In this document: in pieces, positions 1-8,351 of the stretch
How positions within the stretch are numbered: position 1 is the stretch's first letter
How the letters are laid out: the number at the start of each line of letters is the position of its first letter
IMG/VR virus record: IMGVR_UViG_3300017971_000185
Coordinates: 327,683-359,682 of that record
Length of the DNA stretch: 32,000 nucleotides
Strand: one strand, 5' to 3'
Origin: a virus
Translations under genes and position numbers: made by a program
The notes under the pieces: model-generated
What the model was told of the DNA's origin: nothing
Database searches by the model: none
The model's input: only the letters and a program-made list of their open reading frames with translations

Positions 1-1
1 A

Positions 2-187
2 GTCGGGGTCATGGTCTGGGCTCCCGTGATCAAGGAATTCGATCAAGTGCTCGCGTTTCTCCGTCACAAGGACATCGGTCTGTTCCGTGTGCCGGGCGAA
101 TCGATCGGTCGTGTCGATGGGATCAGGCTGAGTGGCCCTGACTTCATCGTGCTTCGCGATCTCGCAGACATCCTCGGGAAGTTGTAG
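2..187 (+). CDS. hypothetical protein, 3' end only (gene starts upstream of window)
   Basis: Frame open from window edge to TAG 185-187 with GC-rich third positions; stop abuts next start (TAGATG). Confidence 0.5.
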   Translation, partial: VGVMVWAPVIKEFDQVLAFLRHKDIGLFRVPGESIGRVDGIRLSGPDFIVLRDLADILGKL

Positions 188-796
188 ATGCCGCGTCCGA
201 CGAAACTCGTGTTCGTTGACCTGGAAACCACCGGGTTCGATGAAAGCTATCACGAGATCATCGAGGTCGCGATCGTTGCTCAGAACAAGATGCCGCTTCT
301 GCATACGAAGGTTCGGCCAAAGCATCTCGATGAAGCGATGGCGAAAGACCCGGCCGGAACCAAGCAAGCGTTGGAGCTAAACGGCTACAACGAGTTGGAG
401 TGGAAGAACGAACCGACTTGGGTCGAGATCGCTCCCCGAGTACGAAGTCTCCTGACGGATGTGGTCATCGTCGGGCACCATCCTGGTTTCGATCTTCGCT
501 TCATCAACGCGTGGCTCAAACGCACCGAGGTCGGGAATGGAGGAATCCCCTACCACGGGATAGACACGGCCACGCTCGCTCACGAGCACTTGATCCCGTG
601 TGGGGCCAAGAGTGTGAGTCTGGGGGCTACATGCGCGTTTCTCGGCATTTCCAACGTGGGAGCCCACACGGCGCTCTCTGACGCCCTACGCTGCCGGGCC
701 GTCTACTATGCCCTTCTGCGTGCAGGGCCTCTGAGGCGGCTCTGGTGGCGTCTGGCGGGGCCGTGGAGGCTACGGAGAGCCCATGCTCGACATTGA
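188..796 (+). CDS. DEDDh-type 3'-5' exonuclease (DnaQ/epsilon-like)
   Basis: ExoI FVDLETTG, ExoII GHHPGFDLRF, ExoIII HTALSDAL motifs in the 202-aa ORF. Confidence 0.8.
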   Translation: MPRPTKLVFVDLETTGFDESYHEIIEVAIVAQNKMPLLHTKVRPKHLDEAMAKDPAGTKQALELNGYNELEWKNEPTWVEIAPRVRSLLTDVVIVGHHPGFDLRFINAWLKRTEVGNGGIPYHGIDTATLAHEHLIPCGAKSVSLGATCAFLGISNVGAHTALSDALRCRAVYYALLRAGPLRRLWWRLAGPWRLRRAHARH

Positions 797-1184
797 CGCC
801 TGTTTCGACCGGTGGCGCGCGCGACAAGCGCAGATTGCCCATCTTCTGACGCGGCTGGAGGAAGAGGCCGCGGCTCAGGCGATGCTTCTGGAGGGGTTGC
901 GAACTGTTTGGGTGAAACGTGGGTATAGTTTCTCGAAGCTGCGTTTTTCTGCCTATACAACGCAGGAAAGGAGAGACGCGATGTCCAAGATCAAGGTGAT
1001 TCGCGTCAGCGCCACCGAATTCGAGACCGAAGATGGCAAGGTCTTCCCCCACCCGATCCCCTTCCAAGACGGCAAAGTCCCGTCCGTCGAAGAATTCCAG
1101 GCGATCCACGACCAGTGGCGGGAAATCTTTCAATCCCAAGGACTCCTCCCAGGAGCGCCTCCTGGGCCCGGGAAAGACCGCTGA
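783..1184 (+). CDS. hypothetical protein; an internal start at 981 is at least as likely
   Basis: Strong SD AAGGAG 8 nt before ATG 981 (MSKIKVIRVSATEFETEDGK...). Protein-like sequence and GC3 decay after about 1135, where it overlaps tnpA out of frame, so the C-terminus may have been replaced by the IS insertion. Confidence 0.4.
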   Translation: MLDIDACFDRWRARQAQIAHLLTRLEEEAAAQAMLLEGLRTVWVKRGYSFSKLRFSAYTTQERRDAMSKIKVIRVSATEFETEDGKVFPHPIPFQDGKVPSVEEFQAIHDQWREIFQSQGLLPGAPPGPGKDR

Positions 1185-1779
1185 GCTTCTCGGCGTCCAC
1201 ATCAGCACTCTCCGCCGATGGGACGAAGACGGCACCCTGGAGGCCGTCAGGACACCCGGAGGATGGCGAAAATACCGCCTCTCCGACATCGAAAGGTTCC
1301 AAGGCCGAGAATCTCCTGAACGTGAAAAACAGGAGATTCGGGCGGTCGCCTATTGCCGGGTCAGCAGCCACGACCAGAAACAAAAAGGAGACCTCGAACG
1401 CCAGTCAGATCGCGTCGTCGCCCACGTCGCCCGCCAAGGCTACAAGCTGGTGGACGCACTCGAAGAAGTCGGCTCGGGAATGTCGGATACGAGACCGAAG
1501 CTCCATCGGCTGTTCAAGCTAGTGGGCGATCACGAGGTCGATGTCGTGGTCGTCGAGCACAAGGACCGCCTGTGCCGGTTCAATTTCGGTTTCCTCCAAG
1601 CGTACTTCCAGAGCCACGGGGTCGAGGTGGAGTGGATCGAGGATGTGCTCGGTAGAAGCTACGAGGAGGAACTTGTGGAGGACATGCTGTCGTTGATGTC
1701 GAGTTTCTCGGCTCGCATCTACGGCAAGCGCAGCGCGGAGAACCGTCGCAAGAAACGAAAGAAGGAGAAAGCAGCATGA
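1033..1779 (+). CDS. tnpA: IS607-type serine recombinase transposase (MerR-like HTH plus resolvase catalytic domain)
   Basis: HTH LLGVHISTLRRWDEDG..RTPGGWRKY and catalytic-Ser motif AVAYCRVSSHDQK. Only in-frame ATG/GTG/TTG upstream of the HTH is ATG 1033, so the start is uncertain. Confidence 0.8.
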   Translation: MARSSPTRSPSKTAKSRPSKNSRRSTTSGGKSFNPKDSSQERLLGPGKTAELLGVHISTLRRWDEDGTLEAVRTPGGWRKYRLSDIERFQGRESPEREKQEIRAVAYCRVSSHDQKQKGDLERQSDRVVAHVARQGYKLVDALEEVGSGMSDTRPKLHRLFKLVGDHEVDVVVVEHKDRLCRFNFGFLQAYFQSHGVEVEWIEDVLGRSYEEELVEDMLSLMSSFSARIYGKRSAENRRKKRKKEKAA

Positions 1780-2291
1780 CTCCAGCACAGAAGATTCTGA
1801 AAGAGATCAAGGAACAAGGCGTCATCAGGAGACTCAATGTCATCGTGAAATGCGACGGCCCATGGTCTCCTGTGCGAGTGTCCGGGACCGTGCTCCAGTG
1901 GGTCACGCACGAGGTAGCTGAGGTGTGTCGTCAGGACACCGACGAATTGGGTTACGCTTTCCTCGCACCAACCCGCGATGGGGGAGGCTGGTGGTGGCGA
2001 CGGTGGGACGAGGAAACGAAGTCCAAGTTGAGGGCCGCTGCGGAACACGGGTTCCGCGTCCAGATCAACCGGGAACTGGGGTGCCTGGAATTCCGTGCTG
2101 TCGAGAAAGCTCAGGAGCAGGCCCTCCGGGATCTGAAAGACCGCAACGAACGTGAAATGCTTCTTCGCATGAGAGGTGAGAAGCTTTTCGGGAAGATCGC
2201 CGAGGAACTCAACGTGTTCTTCCCGGAGGAACGCACCAGGGAGACGTGGGTGCAGATCTGCGTTGCTCTCGCTCTCGCGGAAGGGAAATGA
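1776..2291 (+). CDS. hypothetical protein between tnpA and tnpB (possible C-terminal HTH)
   Basis: ATGA overlap with the tnpA stop; good GC3; C-terminal segment GEKLFGKIAEELNVF..ERTRETW looks HTH-like. Confidence 0.6.
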   Translation: MTPAQKILKEIKEQGVIRRLNVIVKCDGPWSPVRVSGTVLQWVTHEVAEVCRQDTDELGYAFLAPTRDGGGWWWRRWDEETKSKLRAAAEHGFRVQINRELGCLEFRAVEKAQEQALRDLKDRNEREMLLRMRGEKLFGKIAEELNVFFPEERTRETWVQICVALALAEGK

Positions 2292-2503
2292 CAATGACCA
2301 CCTTCAAAGATCTTGATGACGTGCAGCTTCTTCAGGCGCTCCAAGATGCCGAGAACGAGGCACAACGTATTCGGCAGGAGATCCGATTCCGTGGTGTTTC
2401 AAGATACGGCTCGCTGTTTGATGCTGTCGGAGACGCCACCCGTGAAGCACTTGACTGGCCATCCATGATGGAGCGGTCTCGGAAATCTGAACTGGACCGA
2501 TGA
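2288..2503 (+). CDS. small hypothetical (coiled-coil-like) protein
   Basis: ATGA overlap with the upstream stop (2288-2291) and with the tnpB start (2500-2503). Confidence 0.55.
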   Translation: MTMTTFKDLDDVQLLQALQDAENEAQRIRQEIRFRGVSRYGSLFDAVGDATREALDWPSMMERSRKSELDR

Positions 2504-3927
2504 AGAAGTCTCGTCACCTCTACCTCCACCCGGAGACCAATCCGGGCAAGATTGCCGCCCTGGAGGCCCTTCACGTCGAGTACGTCAGGTACGTGCGCAT
2601 CTGCGTGCAGATCATGCTCGACAACCAGAGGCTCTCCCTCAAACGGTCGGAGAAGCAAGTCTTCTTCCCGAAGGCCGAGAACCTCACCAGCCAGATCCAG
2701 AAGAACGCCCGAGACCACGCCATCCAAATCGTGAGTACGTGGGCCAAGGCCACCTACGAGCGTGCCGTCAAGAAGCACCTCACCCGAGCACACAGGTTCG
2801 GCCAACTTTCCCAGGACGAACGACACGCCCTCTGCACGGTTGGAAAGCACCTGATCTCAGTGCCTTGGAAGCACGTCACCCAGGAGACCATCGACGCCTA
2901 CTGGGCACTCCTGCTCGACCCAGAGGTCTCTGGTAACCAGCCACGGGTGTCCGAACGCATCCCGATGCGGATGTCGGAGAACACATGCACACTGGCCGAC
3001 ACTGACGAGGCCATCCACGCTCCCATGTGGATCAAGATTTCCACGCTGGTCAGCCGGAAAGTCGTCTGGCTTCCGCTCGCAGGGAATCCCTACGTCAAGT
3101 CGGCCAACGACGTGTCGAAGGGAGTCCACGCAAGGAAAGACAAGCGTGGGCGCTGGAGGTTCGAGGTTGTTGAACGCAAGGAGTGGATCGTTCCCGAACT
3201 TCAACCCGATGCGCCCAGGATCGGTGTCGATGTCGGCCTGAACGTCGTGGCCGCCACCTCGGATGGCCGGACGTTCGGAGCAAGTCTCAAACCCAAGTTC
3301 GACCGCCTCTACGAGCGCGTCAGGAACCTTCGTGCGAACCGTCAACGACAGGGTTTCAAGGAGAACAGCCCTCGGCTCAACCGGCTCGAAGACAAACTCA
3401 CCAGGATGGTAAAGACGATCACCGGGGAGGTGGCCAACAGGCTCATCAAGAGCGCACCCGAAGGCACGGTTTTCGTGATCGAAGACTTGGACCTGCGTGG
3501 GTGCCGTGGTCAGAAGAGGTTCGCGTACCGGGCCCTGGCCCACAGCTTGGAGACGAAAGCGCCCACCTTGAAGGTGAATCCGGCGTACACGTCTCAGACT
3601 TGCCCTTCCTGTGGTTACGTCTCTCGACGTAACCGATCAGGAACCGATTTCGTCTGCCGCTCATGTGGCAGGCGTTCTCATGCCGACGTGGTGGGAGGGA
3701 TCAACCTGCTGAGACGTTCTCAGGACGAACAGGTTGACCTCAACGATCACCATCGAGACGTGAGGGAGTTGCTGCGAAAACGATACCGGGCCCGTAGGGC
3801 CGGGGACAGTTCCGCAGGACTCTGCCGAAAGGCACCCGCGCCTGAACCGTCAGGCCGGAGGCTCACTACCGGAGTATCTCCCCCGAGGAGAGGACGGCAC
3901 AGCCTCGAATCCGATGCTTACCTTTGA
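2500..3927 (+). CDS. tnpB: TnpB (OrfB) RuvC-type RNA-guided nuclease, catalytic residues apparently intact
   Basis: RuvC-I IGVDVGLN, RuvC-II VFVIEDLDL, zinc ribbon CPSCG..CRSCG, RuvC-III HADVVGGINL; 475 aa. Confidence 0.9.
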   Translation: MKKSRHLYLHPETNPGKIAALEALHVEYVRYVRICVQIMLDNQRLSLKRSEKQVFFPKAENLTSQIQKNARDHAIQIVSTWAKATYERAVKKHLTRAHRFGQLSQDERHALCTVGKHLISVPWKHVTQETIDAYWALLLDPEVSGNQPRVSERIPMRMSENTCTLADTDEAIHAPMWIKISTLVSRKVVWLPLAGNPYVKSANDVSKGVHARKDKRGRWRFEVVERKEWIVPELQPDAPRIGVDVGLNVVAATSDGRTFGASLKPKFDRLYERVRNLRANRQRQGFKENSPRLNRLEDKLTRMVKTITGEVANRLIKSAPEGTVFVIEDLDLRGCRGQKRFAYRALAHSLETKAPTLKVNPAYTSQTCPSCGYVSRRNRSGTDFVCRSCGRRSHADVVGGINLLRRSQDEQVDLNDHHRDVRELLRKRYRARRAGDSSAGLCRKAPAPEPSGRRLTTGVSPPRRGRHSLESDAYL

Positions 3928-4003
3928 GTAGGTTTTGGAGTACGGTATAAGGTAGGACACAGAGGCACGAATGGACGTTCCCGGTTGAGTGAGGCCAAAC
4001 TAG

Positions 4004-4387
4004 ATGCCCCGCAAGATGCGTAAGAGTATCTCAGTAAAAGGACTGACCTATTTTCGACTTCAGCGCTTGGCTGAGGAAAGGGGCGTGGGTATCGGTGGTC
4101 TGGTTGAAGAGTGGGCGAGAGAGGACATGCTCAAGAAGCATCCTCCACAACCGCACATTCTCTACGAGGTTCGGACCGGCCTGAAGGCGGGCACGAGCAA
4201 AGACACGATGATCCATGTCGTTGCTCCCTCGGTAGAGAAAGCGACAATGTGGGCCGAGATGGAATTGCAGGCGGCCACGGGAAGTCTCATCGTCATGCCT
4301 TCGCAGCGTCCGTTCAACCCGGACAAGATCACCTACGCCCACATCGGCGTAGTAAACTCCAGCGAGCTAGCGGAGATCTGTCGATGA
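4004..4387 (+). CDS. hypothetical protein (possible RHH/Arc-like N-terminus)
   Basis: 127-aa ORF; N-terminus KSISVKGLTYFRLQRLAEERG resembles a ribbon-helix-helix strand plus helix. Confidence 0.55.
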   Translation: MPRKMRKSISVKGLTYFRLQRLAEERGVGIGGLVEEWAREDMLKKHPPQPHILYEVRTGLKAGTSKDTMIHVVAPSVEKATMWAEMELQAATGSLIVMPSQRPFNPDKITYAHIGVVNSSELAEICR

Positions 4388-4611
4388 CCGATCGAGTACA
4401 TGCGTTGACCGTGATCCTTGAACGCGAGTACCGGGATGATGACGTTGAGGCAATCGTCAACGCGATCAAGATGATGCGTGGTGTTCTTGATGTGAAGCCG
4501 CACATCATCGAGGACATCGATTTCTACTCGTCGCGGGAGCAGGCCAAGTTTGAGCTACGACAGGAGATGCGCGAGGTTTTGTGGCCCGGCATTGCGAAGC
4601 GGAAAGGGTAA
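4384..4611 (+). CDS. hypothetical protein
   Basis: ATG 4384 overlaps the upstream stop (ATGA); 75 aa; coding-like GC3. Confidence 0.6.
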   Translation: MTDRVHALTVILEREYRDDDVEAIVNAIKMMRGVLDVKPHIIEDIDFYSSREQAKFELRQEMREVLWPGIAKRKG

Positions 4612-4624
4612 CCATGCGCTTGGC

Positions 4625-4918
4625 GTGTTTCTGTTGGGGTGTGGCGAAAGATGGCCACACCTTGCATACGAACACCGCTGCACGACAGAAGAGGCGAAAA
4701 CCGCTCTGGCGGCTTGGGTAGCGGCGTGCATCAAGGACGCGAACCCCATGTCTGATGAAGAGCCTGAGGATTGGATCTATCAGTGCGAGAACACGGGGAA
4801 ACGTATCTTGTGTGAGGAGGTTCCCGTAGTGGTCTACATACCTAGCGGGTCGAGCAACTGGAAGAAAGTGTCCTGCGCGAAGGCTCACGAATCGATCAGG
4901 GACGTTTGTCCCAGGTAG
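4625..4918 (+). CDS. hypothetical protein (start uncertain)
   Basis: ORF 4550-4918 overlaps the previous gene by 60 nt; first start after it is GTG 4625. Confidence 0.45.
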   Translation: MFLLGCGERWPHLAYEHRCTTEEAKTALAAWVAACIKDANPMSDEEPEDWIYQCENTGKRILCEEVPVVVYIPSGSSNWKKVSCAKAHESIRDVCPR

Positions 4919-4921
4919 GCC

Positions 4922-5251
4922 ATGCGGACACGAGACGTGCTGCTGGTACTTGTCGCCGGTTTCTGCCTTGGCGTCACCTACACCGTTAGCGTGCTCTACC
5001 TATCGCGGAGCCGAGAGCGTATGCCTGGGACTAAGCCCATGATGCTGTCGTGGAATGGGTCGCCTGTAGACTGCATCCCGCTTTGTGGGTGTTTCACACC
5101 GATTCTTGACGATGGTGACGTGGCGATCGTGCATGGCTTTACCGTGGCCACAGATCTGAACGCCCCAACATCAGCCAACCCAGCTTTCTTCGCTCGCTGT
5201 ACGGTCTGCGGCCAAACCCTGAAGCGTTGGGTTGAGGTTCCTGACCGGTAG
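4922..5251 (+). CDS. hypothetical membrane-anchored protein
   Basis: N-terminal TM segment VLLVLVAGFCLGVTYTVSVLYL; 109 aa. Confidence 0.6.
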   Translation: MRTRDVLLVLVAGFCLGVTYTVSVLYLSRSRERMPGTKPMMLSWNGSPVDCIPLCGCFTPILDDGDVAIVHGFTVATDLNAPTSANPAFFARCTVCGQTLKRWVEVPDR

Positions 5252-5260
5252 AGTGACGGT

Positions 5261-5599
5261 ATGTTTGACGATGAGTCCATGATCGTCGTGCATGTGGGCT
5301 ACGCATGGGACGGTCAGGACGGCTGGACGTTTGCGCTGAGCCCTGAAACAGCGCATCGTCTTGAGGAAACGAAGACCCATCGGGCGACACGAGTTTTCGT
5401 TGGGAACGGCAACCCCGGTGATACAGACCCGAGGCAGTACGCTCACCTAGGCGATGGCGTGGGTCCTGAGAAGAAATGGAAGCGATGGAAGATCATCGCC
5501 TCGATGTTGACGGGAATTCCAGAAGCCGATCTGCCAACGTGCATGTTTCGTCGGATGCCCGAGGACACGTTGCTGGAGACGCTGGAAAAAAGCGCTTGA
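5261..5599 (+). CDS. hypothetical protein
   Basis: 112-aa ORF, coding-like composition. Confidence 0.6.
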   Translation: MFDDESMIVVHVGYAWDGQDGWTFALSPETAHRLEETKTHRATRVFVGNGNPGDTDPRQYAHLGDGVGPEKKWKRWKIIASMLTGIPEADLPTCMFRRMPEDTLLETLEKSA

Positions 5600-5624
5600 C
5601 TTTGGCTCTGTCTGTCCGTACAAC
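5596..5624 (+). promoter_or_regulatory. sigma70-like promoter TTGACT-N17-TACAAC ahead of the Pro/Arg tRNA block
   Basis: GCTTGACT at 5594-5601 and TACAAC at 5619-5624; the same CTTGAC-N17-TACAA pattern recurs before other tRNA blocks. Confidence 0.45.
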
Positions 5625-5805
5625 TGCATCTGAGGCGGAAAGCCATGACACAAATGCGGAACACACTCGGGTTGAGCACCTACCAGTCATTACTGGCGGG
5701 GAGGCTCCCCTTGCGTCCGTATTTGCGCCCGCTGCCGCCACCCCGACTTAGGGGCGCCCTCTAGGCTAGAGGGCAGGCGACAGCGGGAGAGACAGCCCGC
5801 GCACG

Positions 5806-5882
5806 CGAGGCGTAGCGCAATCTGGTAGCGCGTTCGGTTTGGGTCCGAAAGGATGCTGGTTCAAATCCAGTCGCCTCGACCA
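5806..5882 (+). tRNA. tRNA-Pro(TGG), CCA encoded
   Basis: Acceptor CGAGGCG/CGCCTCG, D stem GCGC/GCGC, anticodon loop TTTGGGT, T loop TTCAAAT. Confidence 0.9.
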
Positions 5883-5883
5883 C

Positions 5884-5962
5884 GCCCCTGTAGCTCAGTG
5901 GACTCAGAGCATCGGTCTACGGAACCGAGTTGTCGGAGGTTCGAATCCTTCCAGGGGTGCCA
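5884..5962 (+). tRNA. tRNA-Arg(ACG), CCA encoded
   Basis: Acceptor GCCCCTG/CAGGGGT, anticodon loop CTACGGA, T arm GGAGG-TTCGAAT-CCTTC. Confidence 0.9.
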
Positions 5963-5964
5963 AA

Positions 5965-6042
5965 CGAGGCGTGGCTCAGTCTGGCTAGAGCGCCGCGTTC
6001 GGGACGCGGAGAACGGTGGTTCGAATCCACTCGCCTCGACCA
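5965..6042 (+). tRNA. tRNA-Pro(CGG), CCA encoded
   Basis: Acceptor CGAGGCG/CGCCTCG, anticodon loop TTCGGGA, T arm GGTGG-TTCGAAT-CCACT. Confidence 0.9.
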
Positions 6043-6082
6043 AAGGAGTACAAAGAGGAAGAGGAACAAAGGAACAACGAAA

Positions 6083-6157
6083 CGGGATGTGGCTCAGTCT
6101 GGTTAGAGCACCGGTCTGGGGGACCGGGGATCACTGGTTCGAATCCAGTCATCCCGA
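6083..6157 (+). tRNA. tRNA-Pro(GGG)
   Basis: Acceptor CGGGATG/CATCCCG, anticodon loop CTGGGGG, T arm ACTGG-TTCGAAT-CCAGT. Confidence 0.9.
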
Positions 6158-6188
6158 CGAAGGTAGTGGTCGGGGTAGGATGTGGGTG

Positions 6189-6770
6189 ATGGCGTCCGAC
6201 CACAAACGATGTAATCGGTGTGGGACTACAAAACCCACATCTGCTTTTTCCTACAAAACAGTCTACGGAGGTCGGTATCTCCGAACAGCTTGTCGGATCT
6301 GTGAGAACAAGAAACGAAGTGAAAGGAGGAAACGTTCGCCAAGCGCGGCGGACAAAGTAAGAGAGCAAAGACAACTGGATAGAAGATCGCGTATGCGGGC
6401 CGCAGGCATCGATTTGCCAAGATGGATCCTAACGGATTCGCGAGCGTCCGATCGAAAGAAAGGGCTTTCTAACGACTTGACCAAGTCGTTTATCGCAGAA
6501 CGGATAGCGCAGGGCTGTTGCTATTGTGGCGACAAGACGATCCGTATGACCTTGGATCGGATTGACAACAACCAAGGACACACCCGAAACAATGTTGTAC
6601 CGGCCTGCATTCGATGCAACTACATCCGAAGGGACATGCCTTTCGAAGCATGGTTGCTTGTCACGGGAGCGATTCGGGAAGCTCGGAAGAGAGGGTTGTT
6701 CGGAGAATGGACTGGAAGAGCACGCAAGCCGCGGATGGCGTCAAAAGCGCGGGTGGTGAAATTCAGGTAA
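6189..6770 (+). CDS. HNH endonuclease (homing-endonuclease-like); alternative start 6180
   Basis: CCYCGDKT..LDRIDNNQGHTRNNVVPACIRCN HNH motif and an N-terminal CxxC..CxxC. The part of ORF 5853-6770 upstream of 6180 is read-through of four tRNAs. The 3' end overlaps tRNA-Leu(GAG) by 24 nt. Confidence 0.75.
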   Translation: MASDHKRCNRCGTTKPTSAFSYKTVYGGRYLRTACRICENKKRSERRKRSPSAADKVREQRQLDRRSRMRAAGIDLPRWILTDSRASDRKKGLSNDLTKSFIAERIAQGCCYCGDKTIRMTLDRIDNNQGHTRNNVVPACIRCNYIRRDMPFEAWLLVTGAIREARKRGLFGEWTGRARKPRMASKARVVKFR

Positions 6771-6832
6771 ACACGCAGCCTTGAGGTGGCTGTGCCCAAC
6801 AGGGTTTGAGGGTTCGAGTCCCTCCTCGCGCA
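6747..6832 (+). tRNA. tRNA-Leu(GAG), class II (long variable arm)
   Basis: Acceptor GCGCGGG/CTCGCGC, 3-bp D stem, anticodon loop TTGAGGT, about 15-nt variable arm, T loop TTCGAGT. Confidence 0.85.
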
Positions 6833-6844
6833 CGAGCGACATGA

Positions 6845-6920
6845 GCGCAGGTAGCCCAACTCAGGTAGAGGCGCTGGATTTAGGTTCCAGAGGTTGCGGG
6901 TTCGACTCCCGCCTTGCGCA
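6845..6920 (+). tRNA. atypical tRNA with anticodon TAG (Leu codon family) but a class I 5-nt variable loop
   Basis: Acceptor GCGCAGG/CTTGCGC, anticodon stem CTGGA/TCCAG, loop TTTAGGT, variable AGGTT, T arm GCGGG-TTCGACT-CCCGC, A73; 76 nt in total. Confidence 0.7.
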
Positions 6921-6928
6921 CGGATTCT

Positions 6929-7014
6929 TGGTCGGTATGCAAGAGGTTAAAGCAAGCAGTCTGTAAAACTGCCGCGTTCGCGCTTCGTGGGTTCAAATCC
7001 CTCCCGGCCAGCCA
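6929..7014 (+). tRNA. tRNA-Tyr(GTA), class II, CCA encoded
   Basis: Acceptor TGGTCGG/CCGGCCA, anticodon loop CTGTAAA, variable arm CGCGTTCGCGCTTC, T loop TTCAAAT (one T-stem mismatch). Confidence 0.8.
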
Positions 7015-7040
7015 GATTCGGAGTAGAAAGGAGAAGAAAC

Positions 7041-8216
7041 ATGACACAGAAGCAGCACATCAACGTAGGAACCATCGGACACGTGGACCACGGGAAGACC
7101 ACCCTCACGGCGGCCATCACGATGGTCATGGCAGCGATCAACGGAGGCGAGATCAAGACCTTCGATCAGATCGACAAGGCGCCCGAGGAGCGTGAGCGAG
7201 GAATCACAATCAACACGGCGCACGTCGAGTACGAGTCGGAGACTCGCAACTACGCGCACATCGACTGCCCAGGCCACGCCGACTACATCAAGAACATGAT
7301 CGTCGGTGCGTCCCAGATGGACGGCGCGGTACTGCTTGTGGACGCTTCTCAGGGGCCGCAGCACCAGACGCGTGAGCACGTTCTCCTGGCGAAACAGGTG
7401 GGCGTCTCGCACATGGTGGTGTTCATCAACAAGGTGGATATTGCAGATCCCGAGATGCTGGAGCTTGTAGAGATGGAGGTTCAAGATGCTCTTGCCCAGA
7501 TGGGCTTCGAGGACACTCCGTTTATTCGGGGCTCCGCGCTCAAGGCACTGGAGGCCGCGAGCGAGGGGAAGATGGACGATCCCGAGATCGAGCCAGTCAA
7601 GGCGCTCATCGCCGCGATGGACGAGCACCTTCCGGTGCCCAAGCGAGATCGGGAGAGTCCGTTTCTCATGCCCATCGAGAATGTCCACACGATTCCAGGC
7701 AGGGGCACGGTCGTGACAGGTCGTGTGGAGAGGGGCATTCTCACCAAGGGGCAGACGGTGGAGATCGTGGGTCGGACGGACGGGAAGCCCCTGGCTGCGG
7801 TCGTCACGGGAATCCAAGCGTTCCACAAGGACATCCCCGAGGCGGCGGCGGGTCTCAACATCGGCATGCTCCTACGTGGCATCGATCGGGATGAAGTCCT
7901 GCGTGGTCAGGTAGCAGTTGCTCCTGGCTCCTTGCTTCCTCACGAGAAAGGCAAGGCCGAGATCTTCACACTCACAGCCAAGGAGGGTGGTCGTCACACT
8001 TCGTTCTCTGGCGGATACAGGCCACAATTCTACTTTGGCGCCACTGACGTGACTGCGGCAGTCGTGCCGGAGGATGGGAAAGTCGTCGAGCCTGGCGATC
8101 GGGCCACGGTGGACTTTGAGCTAGTGAGTCCGGTTGCTTGCGAGCCCGGCATGAGGTTCGCCATCCGCGAGGGTGGCAAGACCGTAGGTGCTGGGATGGT
8201 CACGGAGGTAGTCTAA
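7041..8216 (+). CDS. tuf: elongation factor Tu (divergent, N-terminally shortened)
   Basis: SD AAAGGAG then ATG 7041; [18 protein letters not shown] and NKVD GTPase motifs; 391 aa. The upstream part of ORF 6987-8216 is tRNA-Tyr read-through. Confidence 0.93.
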   Translation: MTQKQHINVGTIGHVDHGKTTLTAAITMVMAAINGGEIKTFDQIDKAPEERERGITINTAHVEYESETRNYAHIDCPGHADYIKNMIVGASQMDGAVLLVDASQGPQHQTREHVLLAKQVGVSHMVVFINKVDIADPEMLELVEMEVQDALAQMGFEDTPFIRGSALKALEAASEGKMDDPEIEPVKALIAAMDEHLPVPKRDRESPFLMPIENVHTIPGRGTVVTGRVERGILTKGQTVEIVGRTDGKPLAAVVTGIQAFHKDIPEAAAGLNIGMLLRGIDRDEVLRGQVAVAPGSLLPHEKGKAEIFTLTAKEGGRHTSFSGGYRPQFYFGATDVTAAVVPEDGKVVEPGDRATVDFELVSPVACEPGMRFAIREGGKTVGAGMVTEVV

Positions 8217-8222
8217 CAACCT

Positions 8223-8240
8223 GGAGGGCTGAGGCCCTCC
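8223..8240 (+). terminator. GC hairpin after tuf (GGAGGGC-TGAG-GCCCTCC); no clear U tract
   Basis: Perfect 7-bp stem 7 nt after the tuf stop, directly followed by tRNA-Leu(CAG); may be a processing or attenuating hairpin rather than a full terminator. Confidence 0.35.
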
Positions 8241-8243
8241 TCT

Positions 8244-8330
8244 GCTCGAATGGCGGAATCTTCGGTAGACGCGCACGGTTCAGGTCCGTGTACCCTCACG
8301 GGTGTAGGGGTTCGAGTCCCCTTTCGAGCA
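8244..8330 (+). tRNA. tRNA-Leu(CAG), class II
   Basis: Acceptor GCTCGAA/TTCGAGC, anticodon stem CACGG/CCGTG, loop TTCAGGT, long variable arm, T arm AGGGG-TTCGAGT-CCCCT. Confidence 0.88.
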
Positions 8331-8351
8331 CTAAAGGGGTAATGGAGGCAG

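Larger units (their letters stand above)
1033..3927 (+). mobile_element. IS607-family element (tnpA, 2 extra ORFs, tnpB); true ends not determinable by eye
   Basis: Serine-recombinase TnpA and TnpB on the same strand, all four ORFs start/stop-coupled. IS607 elements lack inverted repeats, so only the gene span is given; the omega-RNA is expected to overlap the tnpB 3' end. Confidence 0.55.

Noticed and set aside
5853-6179. N-terminal third of the 305-aa ORF 5853-6770
   Set aside because: It is a translation straight through four tRNA genes (giving SNP/FES-type peptides from T arms). The real HNH gene starts at 6180 or 6189.
6993-7882. Minus-strand ORFs 6993-7826 and 7481-7882
   Set aside because: They are antisense to an unmistakable EF-Tu gene. 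The same reasoning applies to 2332-2850 and 2857-3543 (anti-tnpB), 9432-9974, 9911-10219 and 10230-10838 (anti-PcfJ-like/speH), 13441-14052 (anti-13348 gene), 23891-24427, 25074-25637 and 27772-28407.
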